A stretch of DNA of 64,000 bases from Sphaerodactylus townsendi (taxonomy: Eukaryota), in NCBI RefSeq assembly GCF_021028975.2, contig NC_059432.1, positions 90,458,001-90,522,000 of the forward strand, read 5' to 3'. The notes below the pieces were generated by a model. That model made no database searches and had not been told where the DNA came from. It saw only the letters and a program-made list of their open reading frames with translations. The translations under genes were made by a program, and so were the position numbers. Every line of letters starts with the position of its first letter. Position 1 is the stretch's first letter. This document shows positions 61,841-64,000 of the stretch, piece after piece.

Positions 61841-62927
61841 GAATTACAAATGTAAGAGTGAAGGGTGGCTAAGCCAGCCCTTGGGCGCTGGTTCCTGGAT
61901 ACTGAGAACTCTAATGTAGAGCCTGAAGATATTGTGCATACAGAGCTGGTTCCTCATGAGGAAATGCAAGCAGCACCACCAGTTTTTAAGTTACAACCTT
62001 CTGTAAATTGAGGAAGTACTCATTTCTTCACAACCAGCACAAGGAAAAAAGTAGATTAGTGTCAACAAAATGCACTGAATACCGTATATGTCATGAAATA
62101 CCAGCATATAACATCCCACGCCATTCAGAATATTTTTTCACATGATATTCCTCAGAAACTGTTTGCCTTGTTCCCAATCCAGCAAGGCTGACCCAGACCC
62201 AAACAAGGACTTCTTTTTAACATTTGATATTACTGGGGAGGAGAAAGCTGAGAAGGATCCACAGATCATGGTCAAACTAGCAGTCTTATCCAGAAAAGAG
62301 CACCTTGAAGCCTGGACTCGTAGTCACTATTCCAGCTACTCACAAATATGAAGCCAGAACTCCTTCATGACCTACCTTCCCAGTGGTTTCCAGGATTACT
62401 GAGTCCCGCTCACTCAAGATGCCAGAGAACCTACCTAGAAGTTGCAATGTGCTACAGGAGTTCAAGACTCAAAGTTTTTAAGAAGCACCCCTTTTCCATA
62501 GAGGCTGAGACCTCTCTGGATCTTTCTGATCCTTCTCCAGTATCTAGGAGCTCTGTCAGATGTTTATATCGAAATTAAATTCCTCAAAGTTATTTTTATA
62601 GTTTATACTAACTTTAACATTTCAGAAAACAAGCCAAACTTCTCATAAGCCTGGTCATTAAGCTATGATCTTTCACATGATAAGTTTAGCATATTTTTCA
62701 TATCCTACATACCTTCATTATTCATTTTGCTTCTTGCTCTGTGATTTAAGACCATATCTGGATGTCATAAGTATTGTTTTGAAGCATATGCATTCCTTTT
62801 ATAACAGATTCACTGGATGTTGTTTTTTAAGCCTTAGTAATGAAACCCTTCAAACCCCATTTTATATATGCAGCCTGCAAATCAAATTAAGGTCAATTAA
62901 AAGAATCTAGCTTTGAGAGAGGCAAAA

Positions 62928-62996
62928 AACATAATATAAGCATATATAACATAATATAAGCATATATAATATAATATAAGCATATATAATATAAGC
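62928..62996. repeat. AT-rich 20-bp tandem repeat (ataatataagcatatataaY), about 3.5 copies
   Basis: Direct reading of the sequence. Confidence 0.9.
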
Positions 62997-63285
62997 AAAA
63001 TCTTATAATATAAACATGTTTTATTACAAAATGTTAACCTTCCTTAGGTATTGCTACGTAAAATAATATAAGTCTCAAAATTATTATTTTTCACTTCAAC
63101 AGCTCTTATAAACTAAGCACACAGATGCCCGACCTTCTGCTAAAAATATGCCTCAGGTTCATTTTCTTACATTCAGTGGCTGGACCAGTTAGTCTATGCC
63201 CTCAGGCTTGAAAATGGTGTCCTGGCAGAGACAAATAATTTGTGCTCAAGATGGTGACTGTTAAAAATTATTTAAGTATTACAGG

Positions 63286-63476
63286 CAGAAGTGGGATCCA
63301 ACCAGTTCTCACCGCTTCTCTAGAAGTGGTTACTAATTTTTTCTGAGTGCCGAGAAGGGGTTACTAAAGCAACCTCCCTGCCCAATAGGGACTGGAGGTG
63401 CGTGTGTGCAGCAGCGCCACTGTTTGAATCCCACCACCATCGGAATCTGTTATTAAAATTTTGGATCCCACCACTG
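63286..63476. mobile_element. hAT MITE
   Basis: TIRs cagaagtgggatccaa / ttggatcccaccactg; perfect 8-bp TSD attacagg at 63278-63285 and 63477-63484. Confidence 0.92.
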
Positions 63477-64000
63477 ATTACAGGTGGTTGTAAAATAAAG
63501 CAAAGAAAAGCTTTACAACATCCCTTTTGCTCTCTAGAGACTCCTGATGGAAGTGAACATGGTCCAGGTGTGTGTGTTATGGCAACCCCTACAATGTTCT
63601 GTCCCTGTCAGAGTCTGAAGGAGGGGGAGAGAGGCTCCTAGCTGGGCCCTGAGAACAAAACAAACAAGGAGTTGGGCACCTCTTTGGGAAAGATGTCTCC
63701 TTCTAAGCAGCCTGCAGGTTTACTCTGTTATTTCAGCTGTGCACTATATAGTAGGCACAGTTAACTGGGAATTGGCTTTTTCAAGCCTCAACCTTGCCAT
63801 AGAGTGAAAGAGGGCAAATGAAGATTAAACACAAAATAGGTGAGTGTTCACTATTGCCTTCTTGATGTTCAGTCATCTTCCTCATGTACGGCCATTACAT
63901 TCATGAAACAAGTAACAAATGGGACCATCGTTTGAATTGGCCCAGGGTGAACAGGACTACACCAATGTGCCACCAATGGCTCTCAAAATCACACCCAATA

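Overview
This is vertebrate non-coding DNA, most likely from a squamate reptile and probably a gecko. That assignment is an inference from abundant Squam3-like SINEs, lizard-type CR1/L2 3' ends and many short hAT/Harbinger-type MITEs. I could not support any intact protein-coding gene, rRNA, tRNA gene or CRISPR array. The only protein homologies are retroelement RT fragments: a young 5'-truncated L2, several CR1 3' ends and an old L1/Tx1-like fossil. The window reads as a large intron or gene desert with two components. (i) Transposon debris with many exact target-site duplications and several nested insertions. (ii) Repeat-free blocks dense in homeodomain/TALE/forkhead-type motifs that look like conserved non-coding elements (CNEs). 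Seven N-runs sit inside these CNE-like blocks and look like deliberate masking rather than scaffold gaps. The most interesting observations are mix-and-match SINE head/tail modules (tRNA or 5S head; L2- or RTE-type tail), a decayed Penelope-type hammerhead ribozyme, three-layer TE nesting, Pbx-Hox/Meis composite sites, and the N-run pattern. I do not see evidence strong enough to claim a new biological system. TE family names are from memory of consensus sequences and need Dfam/Repbase confirmation.
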